From Escherichia phage EC100, in sequence record NC_105587.1: a DNA stretch of 64,000 nucleotides; one strand, 5' to 3'. Position numbers and translations under genes: made by a program. Below the pieces are notes generated by a model, which saw only the letters and a program-made list of their open reading frames with translations, ran no database searches and was not told the DNA's origin. Positions 1-8,328 of this stretch are shown here, in pieces (the first letter of the stretch is position 1; each line of letters begins with the position of its first letter).

Positions 1-256
1 AGCTCAGGGAAACTGGGACAGATTTGTGGCCGTAATTTTCTACATACATAACCATTTTGTAAGATTTACGGGTGGCATTTTTAGCTTTAGGCTTCTGACG
101 AATCGGAGCCGGATTATTCAGTGCTTGCGCAGCCTGAGCATCGGTAGGGTGCTTACGCAGGTGGCGTTCCAGACGAGCTTTGCGATTAGCCTCGGTCTGT
201 GGGAAAGTTTTAACTGTAGTAGCTGCTTGAGTTTTTGCGTTTTTCTGCTTAGCCAT
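1..256 (-). CDS. hypothetical protein, 3' end beyond window (start ATG at 254-256)
   Basis: Manual reverse translation gives an open frame from ATG 256 to the window edge (MAKQKNAKTQAATTVKTF...); AAGGAA Shine-Dalgarno 7 nt upstream; codon usage like other strongly expressed genes here; preceded by a cassette promoter. Confidence 0.45.
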   Translation of the reverse strand, partial: MAKQKNAKTQAATTVKTFPQTEANRKARLERHLRKHPTDAQAAQALNNPAPIRQKPKAKNATRKSYKMVMYVENYGHKSVPVSLS

Positions 257-294
257 TATTTGTTTTCCTTTTTGTTTATCAATTTATGAAGTAT

Positions 295-323
295 ATTATA
301 CGAGAATTTGAAGCGTTTAGCAA
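295..323 (-). promoter_or_regulatory. sigma70-type promoter, TTGCTA-17-TATAAT
   Basis: -35 TTGCTA (318-323 rc), 17-nt spacer, -10 TATAAT (295-300 rc); member of the repeated cassette. Confidence 0.55.
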
Positions 324-331
324 ATGAATTT

Positions 332-781
332 TTAATTTATTAACTGTAAGCTTCTTTTAATTTCAGACCTTACCTGCATCAAAAGAACTCCCAAAGTATT
401 ATCCCCGATGCCTCGGCAAACACCCCAATATGTATCTCCCCAGGTATTTCCTTCAATCAAAGTTGCATTTTCTGTTGCTAACAGTTTATCTCTCAAATCA
501 GGGAGTGCAAACTTTAACCGTAAAAGCTCTAGCATTACATCATCTTTTACCTTATCCCAGTCAGAGCGTAGAGTTAATTTACGTCCTCTACGTTTAGCAA
601 CTCCTGCATTTAGGGAGCGTAGTACATGAGCTACATCATCTTTTTGGTCGGATTTCATAGCCTGAAAAGCATGTTCTACAGTATCAGCATGCCATATTTC
701 ATTTAGATATTCGAAAGTAATTGGTGATAAATAAAAGTTAGATAAGAAACTATAAGCACCTTTAAATTCAGTAATCTTCAT
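332..781 (-). CDS. NADAR (YbiA-like, DUF1768) domain protein
   Basis: 149 aa; N-terminal SNFY motif and ...HAFQAMK... conserved core typical of NADAR/YbiA. Confidence 0.65.
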   Translation of the reverse strand: MKITEFKGAYSFLSNFYLSPITFEYLNEIWHADTVEHAFQAMKSDQKDDVAHVLRSLNAGVAKRRGRKLTLRSDWDKVKDDVMLELLRLKFALPDLRDKLLATENATLIEGNTWGDTYWGVCRGIGDNTLGVLLMQVRSEIKRSLQLIN

Positions 782-1062
782 TTTTTACGCCCCGCATCTT
801 TGGCCTCTTCGGCTGTATAGATATACTGGTAAGCCCCTTTGGAGTAGGCTGGAGCAGTACACAGTTTCTTACGCTCAATCTCTTCTTGAGCTTTTCTTTC
901 GCGTTCAGCTAATTCTTCATCCAGATAAACTAAACGTTGTTCTGGAGGAGGTGGAAGACGTGTTTCTGGCTCACCAATATTAGCCTTTCTTATTTGACGA
1001 GGTGATTGTGCACGTTTTCTCAATGATTTAAACCCTAGTGAATTTGAGTTATAAATTCGCAT
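778..1062 (-). CDS. hypothetical protein
   Basis: 94-aa ORF overlapping the downstream gene by 4 nt; GAGGAGG SD; cassette promoter upstream. Confidence 0.5.
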   Translation of the reverse strand: MRIYNSNSLGFKSLRKRAQSPRQIRKANIGEPETRLPPPPEQRLVYLDEELAERERKAQEEIERKKLCTAPAYSKGAYQYIYTAEEAKDAGRKK

Positions 1063-1089
1063 AAAGCCCTCCTCACTTTCAATACGAAT

Positions 1090-1118
1090 ATTATACTAAA
1101 TTAGAGAGCTTTAAGCAA
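1090..1118 (-). promoter_or_regulatory. sigma70-type promoter, TTGCTT-17-TATAAT
   Basis: -35 rc of 1113-1118, -10 rc of 1090-1095. Confidence 0.55.
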
Positions 1119-1138
1119 GAAGATTTTTAATTTATTTA

Positions 1139-1615
1139 TCACATCTCAGCCATTTCAGCTTCAGTAATAACTGTGTTACACAAAGCATCTACAGCTTCAT
1201 TACCACTAATACCAGAATGTCCTTTAACCTTAATAAAGGTAGGATTAGTATTATGAAAGTTGATATACTGCTGTGTTAATTTAAATGCTTCCTGCCAAAG
1301 TTCTAGATTAAGAGGAACTTCACCATCTGCTTTCTTCCAGCCTTTTCTTTGCCAAGAAAACATCCAACTTTCCATACCATTTTTGCAATAAGCAGAGTCA
1401 GTATAGATAATAATTGGTCTATTATCTTTTTTAACGGACCAACGTAGAGCTTCTACAATAGCCGTGAGTTCCATCTCATTATTTGTAGTTTTAGGACTAT
1501 ACCCAGATTTAGAACCTAAACGATCGTCGTTATCATCATAGACAATAAAACCCCAAGCACCTAAACCCGGATTGCCTTTACATGCACCATCTGTGTAAAT
1601 GTGGAAAACCGACAT
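1139..1615 (-). CDS. rnh: ribonuclease H (RNase HI family)
   Basis: 158 aa; YTDGAC(K)GNPG, TNN(E)MEL, YTDS and KGH motifs of RNase HI. Confidence 0.85.
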   Translation of the reverse strand: MSVFHIYTDGACKGNPGLGAWGFIVYDDNDDRLGSKSGYSPKTTNNEMELTAIVEALRWSVKKDNRPIIIYTDSAYCKNGMESWMFSWQRKGWKKADGEVPLNLELWQEAFKLTQQYINFHNTNPTFIKVKGHSGISGNEAVDALCNTVITEAEMAEM

Positions 1616-1815
1616 TATTTTTCACCTTCTGTTATCTCTTTAGTTTTTGACTGGGTAGGAGACTTGGGTTTTATAGCCTCTAACTCTCTATCCAGAAATT
1701 CCTCTATTGCTCTATCTACAAAATAATCATATGGTAAATGATAATATTCTGATAGAGTAAGAAGTTTGAGTTCTTGCTTTTCTGTTAAATAAACTTTCTT
1801 TCTAAAGAGTCCCAT
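1615..1815 (-). CDS. hypothetical protein
   Basis: 66-aa ORF, start overlaps rnh; cassette promoter upstream. Confidence 0.45.
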   Translation of the reverse strand: MGLFRKKVYLTEKQELKLLTLSEYYHLPYDYFVDRAIEEFLDRELEAIKPKSPTQSKTKEITEGEK

Positions 1816-1841
1816 ATGTGTATCTCCAATTTATAAAATAT

Positions 1842-1870
1842 ATTATATTTAAATTTCACTAAATAAGCAA
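1842..1870 (-). promoter_or_regulatory. sigma70-type promoter, TTGCTT-17-TATAAT
   Basis: -35 rc of 1865-1870, -10 rc of 1842-1847. Confidence 0.55.
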
Positions 1871-1879
1871 ATGAAATTT

Positions 1880-1903
1880 AAATATAATAGCCCCGAAGGG
1901 CTA
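1880..1903 (-). terminator. rho-independent terminator after thyA
   Basis: TAGCCC-cgaa-GGGCTA hairpin followed by a T-rich tract on the minus strand. Confidence 0.5.
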
Positions 1904-1909
1904 TTTAAG

Positions 1910-2749
1910 TTAAGAGGACATTTTAGCTTTAAGAGCTGGATGAGGATCGTACCCCTCTAAATGGAATGACCAAGCTGCCGTATTATTTTCTAGTAAGTCG
2001 TAAAGATCTACAAACTCTGGCATTACTAGAGTTGGTAAAGAACGAGGTTTACGTTTTACCTGTTCTTCTACCTGTTCCATATGGTCATTATAGATATGAG
2101 TATCACCACCACTAAAGATAAGATAACGAGGTTTTAATCCTGTCAGTTTTGCTAATATATGTGTTAATAAAGCATAACTAGCAATATTGAAAGGTAAACC
2201 GAGGAAACAATCTACAGAACGTTGTGTCCATTTAAGGTCTAGGTATCCATCGTTACTTACATAGCATTGGAAGCCGTAGTGACAGGGTGGTAATGCCATC
2301 TTATCCAGTTCAGCAACGTTCCATGCAGAAACTAGATGTCTGCGGCCATGAGGATTATTCTTGAGTCCCTCAATAAGTTCTAGAATCTGATCTCGCCCAC
2401 CAAAGTTACGCCACTGTTTGCCATATACTGGTCCTAGATTACCCTTATCATACCCCATACTTATAGCTTGGTCTTCATAATTTGGAGTCCAGATGGTCCA
2501 CTGCCCTTCGTCACGACCAAATGTGAATACACGTAGATCATGAAGATTTGTGGAACCAGACAAGAACCATAAAAGTTCTCCTACTACTGATTTCCAGGCC
2601 AGGCGTTTGGTAGTTACAGCTGGGAACCCTTCACGTAGGTCGAACTTAGCATAGGAATCAAAAATTGAAACTGTGCCTGTTCCTGTACGGTCATTACGGG
2701 GTTCACCTAGTAAAATTACATCTGTCAAAATTTTTAAATATTGTTGCAT
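1910..2749 (-). CDS. thyA: thymidylate synthase
   Basis: 279 aa; ThyA-like N-terminus (RNDRTGTGT), active-site region and C-terminus. Confidence 0.9.
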   Translation of the reverse strand: MQQYLKILTDVILLGEPRNDRTGTGTVSIFDSYAKFDLREGFPAVTTKRLAWKSVVGELLWFLSGSTNLHDLRVFTFGRDEGQWTIWTPNYEDQAISMGYDKGNLGPVYGKQWRNFGGRDQILELIEGLKNNPHGRRHLVSAWNVAELDKMALPPCHYGFQCYVSNDGYLDLKWTQRSVDCFLGLPFNIASYALLTHILAKLTGLKPRYLIFSGGDTHIYNDHMEQVEEQVKRKPRSLPTLVMPEFVDLYDLLENNTAAWSFHLEGYDPHPALKAKMSS

Positions 2750-3282
2750 TAATAAGTAACCAATTCCTGTACAAATCGCAGGCTGTTATCACTGTTTGCG
2801 CCAACTGCATAGACTAATCGGGTGGATTCATAATTATAATCCAGTATCATACTATCTAGGTGTATATCTGCCTCTAGCTTCTGTTCGCTAAAGATTGTAG
2901 ATACAAAAGCACTTTCTATATGCCCATGTTGGTACATTTCTAGAAGAAGATTAGCTCCGCCTAGAACTACTGTTTGCTGATCTTTTAGAAAAGTAGGTAA
3001 TGTATCACCTATCATTGATATGGGAGTGTAAATATCATGTGTAATATCGTCTGGCAGTGGACGATCAGCACGAATAAATAGGTCAGAAGCTCCAATCATA
3101 CGTTCCCTAACGGCGTATGGAAGAGCTAAATAAGTACCTGCCCCAATAATAATATTATCAGGATTTAGTACATCTAATTGTGAATAAAAAGCATCTAGTT
3201 CTTCTTTAAAAGAACCCCAGGGAAGCTTACCTCGGAGGCCGAACTCCCCATTCGGCCCAACTGCATATATTGCTGTAATCAT
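2749..3282 (-). CDS. frd: dihydrofolate reductase
   Basis: 177 aa; DHFR-like N-terminus (IYAV...GxxGxLPW); sits between thyA and nrdB. Confidence 0.75.
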   Translation of the reverse strand: MITAIYAVGPNGEFGLRGKLPWGSFKEELDAFYSQLDVLNPDNIIIGAGTYLALPYAVRERMIGASDLFIRADRPLPDDITHDIYTPISMIGDTLPTFLKDQQTVVLGGANLLLEMYQHGHIESAFVSTIFSEQKLEADIHLDSMILDYNYESTRLVYAVGANSDNSLRFVQELVTY

Positions 3283-4424
3283 AGGAAATCTCCAAATTCA
3301 TTGCCCAGATCTTTCAGAGTATCAGTAGAGGTCTCAGTTACCTGACCTACACGGTAAGCTGCACCAATCTGGATTTCTTGTGGAGCAGGCTGTAGAGAAG
3401 TAGTATCCAACCAGTTCATGATCCACGGAATAGGGTTTTTGGTGATTACTGGTAAGTGACTAGGCCATTCTACACCAATGTGCATAAATGCGTTACGTCC
3501 CACAAAGTACAAGTATTCTTCTAGAAGTTCTGCATTCAAACCAATCAGACTACGACCTTTGAAGATGAAATGACCCCATTCAATTTCAGTTTTCAGAGTT
3601 TTCAGGAGCTGTGCTGGTGCTTTAGCCACTGCTTCATCTACCAGATCTTTGTCAAACTGCTGGAACATAATCTGGATGATTGTTTTAGACATCTGAGTAT
3701 GTAGGGCTTCATCTTTAGCAATCAACTGCAGATTTTTAGCAATACCTTGCAGAATATCGTTCTCTGCTAACGCAAAGGTACATGCAAAGGATGCGTAGAA
3801 CTGCATTGCTTCTAGACCGTAGATTGCAAAATAAGCGTCTAATAACTTAGCCTGAGTTTCACGTTTAACTTCAGGAAACTCTGTTTCTGGGTAAGTATTA
3901 TCACCACGATGATCGCGTACTGCGATGAAATACTGACCTAACTGGTACAATTCATCGAACAGTTCAACAGAATCAGCGATACGTGCGAATGCTTCTTGGT
4001 TTTTAGTTACAGAATCAATAAATTCTGCCGGATCAGTCAGCACATTACGGATAATATTGCTATACGCACGACTATGCAGGTCTTCAAAATAGCTCCACTG
4101 CTTGAGCATACCTTCCAATTCTGGACGGCTTACAAGCGGCATAATAGCTGCTTCAGGAGCACGACTGATAAAGGAATCTGTTTGAGTCTGCCATGCTAAG
4201 TTCAGGAGTGTGATTTCCTGGATTTCACGTGGGAGATTGGGCCATTGTTTCTTATCTGCTTCCAGACTGATTTCAGTTTCAGTCCAAAATTGAGAGCGTT
4301 GCAGAAGTGCCAGACGTTCTAGTTCTGGATGTGCTACACGTACATAATCTGCGATACCTAGAGAATCGCCCAGGAAAAGATCAGCGTTAGTATGATCCCA
4401 ATTCAGGTTTAGTAAAGTAGTCAT
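3279..4424 (-). CDS. nrdB: ribonucleotide reductase class Ia beta subunit
   Basis: 381 aa; ferritin-like di-iron RNR small-subunit pattern; GAGGA SD. Confidence 0.9.
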   Translation of the reverse strand: MTTLLNLNWDHTNADLFLGDSLGIADYVRVAHPELERLALLQRSQFWTETEISLEADKKQWPNLPREIQEITLLNLAWQTQTDSFISRAPEAAIMPLVSRPELEGMLKQWSYFEDLHSRAYSNIIRNVLTDPAEFIDSVTKNQEAFARIADSVELFDELYQLGQYFIAVRDHRGDNTYPETEFPEVKRETQAKLLDAYFAIYGLEAMQFYASFACTFALAENDILQGIAKNLQLIAKDEALHTQMSKTIIQIMFQQFDKDLVDEAVAKAPAQLLKTLKTEIEWGHFIFKGRSLIGLNAELLEEYLYFVGRNAFMHIGVEWPSHLPVITKNPIPWIMNWLDTTSLQPAPQEIQIGAAYRVGQVTETSTDTLKDLGNEFGDFL

Positions 4425-4455
4425 TGATTTTCCTCTTTCTCACTATTTCAGGAAT

Positions 4456-4484
4456 ATTATAGCAAATCAGGTAGCGATTAGCAA
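4456..4484 (-). promoter_or_regulatory. sigma70-type promoter, TTGCTA-17-TATAAT, for nrdB-frd-thyA
   Basis: -35 rc of 4479-4484, -10 rc of 4456-4461. Confidence 0.55.
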
Positions 4485-4494
4485 GTAAAATTTC

Positions 4495-4530
4495 AAAGAA
4501 AAAGGAGACCCGAAGATCTCCTTGTTTTTT
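4495..4530 (-). terminator. rho-independent terminator after nrdA
   Basis: 8-bp stem with UUCG tetraloop (AGGAGAUC-uucg-GGUCUCCU) followed by UUUUU. Confidence 0.65.
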
Positions 4531-4531
4531 A

Positions 4532-6862
4532 TTATAACTGGCAACCACCAGAAGCACAACCCGCTGCTTCTTCACCAGCTCCTCCACCATTCGCAGTGTT
4601 AAAGTTAGCATAATACCAAGTTTTTATACCGTACTTAACAGCAGTCATGAAATCACGAACTACTACTGGGCCAGGGATGATTTCATTCTCGAATTTAGAG
4701 TAATCATAATACATCTGGAAACTTGATGACTGATTCAAGAATTTTTGGTAAACGGCGTTCCACTTGATCCACTCAGTGCGATCAATATCATAGGCCAGTT
4801 TATAGCTCATTAATGTTTCCCAATCAGTCGCACCTGGGGCAATTGCAATTACTTTATTCACTGCACTACCCTTGATAGATACAATCTTACGAGGTGGCTC
4901 AATTGAGTTGGTAACACCTAACAGAACAGAGGAACTTTCTCCCGGCATCTGAGCAGTCAGAACAGAGTTACGCATACCGTATTTCAGAATATCTGCACGG
5001 AGAGATTCCCAATCCATTTCTAGACCTACGGATACCAGCTCATCAACAGTTTTCTTATACGTGTCGATTACCAGAATTCCTTTGGATGGTTTAGTACGAT
5101 TAAACCATTCACATGCACCTTGTTCTTTAGCCAGACGTACAGAGGCTTTATGTAGGAAGTAAGACAGTTTTTCAGCCTCACGGTGAATCCAGTTACGTGC
5201 TTCAACGCCTTCATAAGCCAGACCTTCTGCTGCCATTGCACCTGCTGCGTTCATAAGGCCAATACCAACGTTACGACGTTTCTTAGCTGTATATTCCATA
5301 GTTGGGAACGGATAGTCCTGAATTTCAATAATTGTATCAACGAATTTCAGGAGGATGTAGCAAGTTTTTTCCCACTCAGCCAGAGATTCCATGCGTCCTA
5401 GTACAACACCACCTAAGTTACACAGAGATACTTCCCCAATATCCTCCGGCTTCATTTGATCAAGTTGTTCTTTTGTTTTATACAGTTCCGTGATATGATG
5501 GAGCGGGCGTGTAGGCTGAGTAATTTCAACACAAAGGTTTGTCATACGGATTGGATCAAGGAAGTTACCGTGACGATTAGATTCCCCAATGTGGTGCGCA
5601 TACATGCGTCCTGTTTCCATTCGGATACGTAGCCAGGTATCTAGGATTTCTTTTGCAGAGACTTTAGGAGCTGCTGGAACTGTTTTTCCTTCGTGGTCGA
5701 TCTTTGTAAGAGATGCCACACGTTTCTCCGCTGCCACATAGATTTCTTCAAATTTAGCCTCGTCATCACTATAAAACGCTTCATGAACTTCTGGAGCATA
5801 GAAGTATGACATTAGCGTAATATCTTCATTTTTCAGATAACGTTTTAACAAAAGATTGTTGAAACTCAGAGAATAATCCATCTTATCGATTTTATTCTCA
5901 TCTGTAGCACGTTGTTGCTTAACCTGCATCAACTGGATGATTTCAGGGTCAAAGTAAGGATAGGATACAGTAGCAGAACCACCACGAGTTTGCTGAGTAT
6001 TAGCCTTTACTGATCGGTCAATGTGTCGATAATATGGCAGTTTTCCGGAATGCGGGAATGCCCCATTTCGCACCGGATCAGCAATTGATCGGCTTTCAAG
6101 ATGATACCCGATTCCCGCTCTGGCTGCGACCATTTTAAAAACGATGTGCTCGGCTGTGTCGATTGAATCCAATGTGTCAGTGGAATCCACGAGGCAGCAA
6201 CTAGCAAATCCACGGTCACTAGAGCGCAAGCCAACCAATGGCGGCGTAGGAACGTTGATTTTGTGGAGCGACATTGCATTGTAGAGGTCGATTGCATCTA
6301 GAATTGTCCAGTTAGGTTGAGATAACATCGCCATTGCCATGCCCATATAGGCAAATTGCGGGGTTTCGTAAATTTCGCCAGTTGCGATATTACGACGGGA
6401 ATACTTATCAAAGAATTGTTTCAGTCCTCCGCTAGTGAAAAGACGGTCACGATCATGATCAATAACCTGATTCAAAGCCTCAAACTGCTCATCGGTAATC
6501 CATGCACTCATGTCTTCCCATGCACCTACACTAACCATATGATCGTGGAAAAAGCGTAGAGAAGGTGGTTCGAAGGAATCATAAAGGCGTTTACGCATCT
6601 GCGCAAGACGTAATTCCTTTGCAGGCACGTCGTATGCTGGATTATCTTTGATAAGACTTTCAGCAGCTTTAATTAACGCATCCATCAGAGTATCGGAATC
6701 TACAACCCCTTTAGGCAGAGTTTTTTGAGCAGCCATAGTAATGGCTGACCAACTTACATCAACTGTTTTGCAACCATACTCTGCCCAACCATTGAGTTTT
6801 TCAGGAGCAAAGTCTTCTACAGTACCGTCACGTTTAATTACTTTTTCAATGCGATGGCTCAT
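4532..6862 (-). CDS. nrdA: ribonucleotide reductase class Ia alpha subunit
   Basis: ATP-cone N-terminus (IEKVIKRDGTVEDF), large catalytic body, C-terminal CxxC tail; start set at ATG 6862 (AAAGGAAAA SD) rather than the ORF-track ATG 6967. Confidence 0.9.
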   Translation of the reverse strand: MSHRIEKVIKRDGTVEDFAPEKLNGWAEYGCKTVDVSWSAITMAAQKTLPKGVVDSDTLMDALIKAAESLIKDNPAYDVPAKELRLAQMRKRLYDSFEPPSLRFFHDHMVSVGAWEDMSAWITDEQFEALNQVIDHDRDRLFTSGGLKQFFDKYSRRNIATGEIYETPQFAYMGMAMAMLSQPNWTILDAIDLYNAMSLHKINVPTPPLVGLRSSDRGFASCCLVDSTDTLDSIDTAEHIVFKMVAARAGIGYHLESRSIADPVRNGAFPHSGKLPYYRHIDRSVKANTQQTRGGSATVSYPYFDPEIIQLMQVKQQRATDENKIDKMDYSLSFNNLLLKRYLKNEDITLMSYFYAPEVHEAFYSDDEAKFEEIYVAAEKRVASLTKIDHEGKTVPAAPKVSAKEILDTWLRIRMETGRMYAHHIGESNRHGNFLDPIRMTNLCVEITQPTRPLHHITELYKTKEQLDQMKPEDIGEVSLCNLGGVVLGRMESLAEWEKTCYILLKFVDTIIEIQDYPFPTMEYTAKKRRNVGIGLMNAAGAMAAEGLAYEGVEARNWIHREAEKLSYFLHKASVRLAKEQGACEWFNRTKPSKGILVIDTYKKTVDELVSVGLEMDWESLRADILKYGMRNSVLTAQMPGESSSVLLGVTNSIEPPRKIVSIKGSAVNKVIAIAPGATDWETLMSYKLAYDIDRTEWIKWNAVYQKFLNQSSSFQMYYDYSKFENEIIPGPVVVRDFMTAVKYGIKTWYYANFNTANGGGAGEEAAGCASGGCQL

Positions 6863-7006
6863 TTGGTTTTCCTTTTTATAGTTATCAGGATTTAGGAAAT
6901 AGTTTACTTTATTCTCAGTCATTTGGCAAATAAAATTTTCTGATAGAAAAGGCCCGAGTATTTTCATACCCAGGCCTTCTGTGTTGTCAGTCTAGTTTTT
7001 GGCCAC

Positions 7007-7204
7007 TTAAGTTCTCAGCAGAATATCTATTGAGGTACTTAGTTCATTATAATTGAAGGGCCGATTTGGATTTGAGGTTACAATTTTCCACGCTAGGGTA
7101 GTCTTAGGACTATCTTCCCCTTCCTTACGTGTAATCATATTAGCAGCACTCAGTGAAGTACGATGTATTTTTGTTTTACGGTGTAGATGTACGACGTTTC
7201 CCAT
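7007..7204 (-). CDS. hypothetical small protein
   Basis: 65-aa ORF starting 1 nt after the phoH stop; no other support. Confidence 0.3.
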   Translation of the reverse strand: MGNVVHLHRKTKIHRTSLSAANMITRKEGEDSPKTTLAWKIVTSNPNRPFNYNELSTSIDILLRT

Positions 7205-7205
7205 A

Positions 7206-7967
7206 TTACACCTTCCCCATGTCTTTAAAAATATCGTAGAATGCTTTAGACTCAGCAGAACGAACGTTATCGATCAATTCGATCATTGAGAATGGAGCAT
7301 TTTCATATTTCTCATAAACTTCCATAAGAAGTGCTAGACCTGAGTCACCTTTAATGTCTTTCTGAGCTATATCTCCGCAGATAATTAAACGGCAGTCTTG
7401 TCCTACACGAGTTAGGAGACAAACCATTGCCTCAACGGAAATATTCTGAGCTTCATCGACAATTACATAGGAGTTGTTGAAAGTTCTGCCACGAGCATGT
7501 TCTATAGCCAAAAATTTAATTTTCTGGCGTTCGACATATCCCTTATAGGCATGATCACCGATGGCCCATTTCATACCATCAGCTATTGGCTCCAACCAAG
7601 GCTCTAGCTTTTCTGCTAGATCACCAGGAAGCATACCAAGAGACTTACCTAGAGGTTCATTAGGACGTACGAGAATCACTTGCTCAATATCTGAGTGAAT
7701 GTCTACGAGTTCCTGAGCTGCAAGAACGGACGGGATAAAGGTTTTACCTGTACCTGGTTCACCGATACCTACAGTCACTGTGTTGTTCTTGATCATATTG
7801 ATATATGATTTTTGCTCTCGGTTTTTACCTACTAGGGATTTAGCAACTGGGTTAGCGTAATCATTAGAAAAATCAGCCTGAATTACGTTATTCTCATATT
7901 TGTTGCCACGCTTTCTTGAACCATTGCGGTTCTCTCTTTTTTGACGTGCTTTTCCCATAAATAACAC
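7206..7967 (-). CDS. phoH: PhoH-like ATPase
   Basis: 253 aa; Walker A GEPGTGKT and Walker B VIVDEAQN. Confidence 0.85.
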   Translation of the reverse strand: MLFMGKARQKRENRNGSRKRGNKYENNVIQADFSNDYANPVAKSLVGKNREQKSYINMIKNNTVTVGIGEPGTGKTFIPSVLAAQELVDIHSDIEQVILVRPNEPLGKSLGMLPGDLAEKLEPWLEPIADGMKWAIGDHAYKGYVERQKIKFLAIEHARGRTFNNSYVIVDEAQNISVEAMVCLLTRVGQDCRLIICGDIAQKDIKGDSGLALLMEVYEKYENAPFSMIELIDNVRSAESKAFYDIFKDMGKV

Positions 7968-8031
7968 TCCTATAGTGTACTTCGCTAACAGAGGATCAAC
8001 AAAAAGATCTTGTTTATCAACTTACAAATAT

Positions 8032-8060
8032 ATTATACCAGTATATGCAGTAAAAAGCAA
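8032..8060 (-). promoter_or_regulatory. sigma70-type promoter, TTGCTT-17-TATAAT, for phoH
   Basis: -35 rc of 8055-8060, -10 rc of 8032-8037. Confidence 0.55.
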
Positions 8061-8270
8061 CTACAATTTTAAATAAGCCTATGATATTGCATTTAAATAA
8101 AAAATTTGCTTGCTTTTAACGGGAAATGTATGGTATTAGATAATCATTTTATACCGCGTACATAGGTGCGTGATTATACTATTTTAAGTACAAAATAGCA
8201 AATAAATTTTTTAACAATTTGCTAACCTTTTAGCACAGATCAAAATACAATATCTAAGAGAAAAATTATA

Positions 8271-8299
8271 TTGACATTTGCCCTTGAATAAGCTATAAT
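8271..8299 (+). promoter_or_regulatory. consensus sigma70 promoter, TTGACA-17-TATAAT, for nrdD
   Basis: Perfect -35 (8271-8276) and -10 (8294-8299) hexamers with 17-nt spacer, in an AT-rich 360-bp divergent region. Confidence 0.7.
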
Positions 8300-8328
8300 A
8301 GTAGTCTTAGCTAGAGAAGGAGAGTATA

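Noticed and set aside
26-289. 87-aa plus-strand ORF at the window start
   Set aside because: It is antisense to a better-supported minus-strand gene (ATG 256, AAGGAA SD, cassette promoter, biased codon usage) and has no promoter or SD of its own.
4387-4611. 74-aa minus-strand ORF between nrdA and nrdB
   Set aside because: It spans the nrdA terminator hairpin and the nrdB promoter and overlaps both flanking genes out of frame; it is an artefact of the AT-rich intergenic sequence.
6863-6967. N-terminal extension of NrdA from the ORF-track start
   Set aside because: The ATP-cone begins at the ATG at 6862, which has a proper SD; the extension has no homology signal and crosses a hairpin. The longer form cannot be fully excluded.
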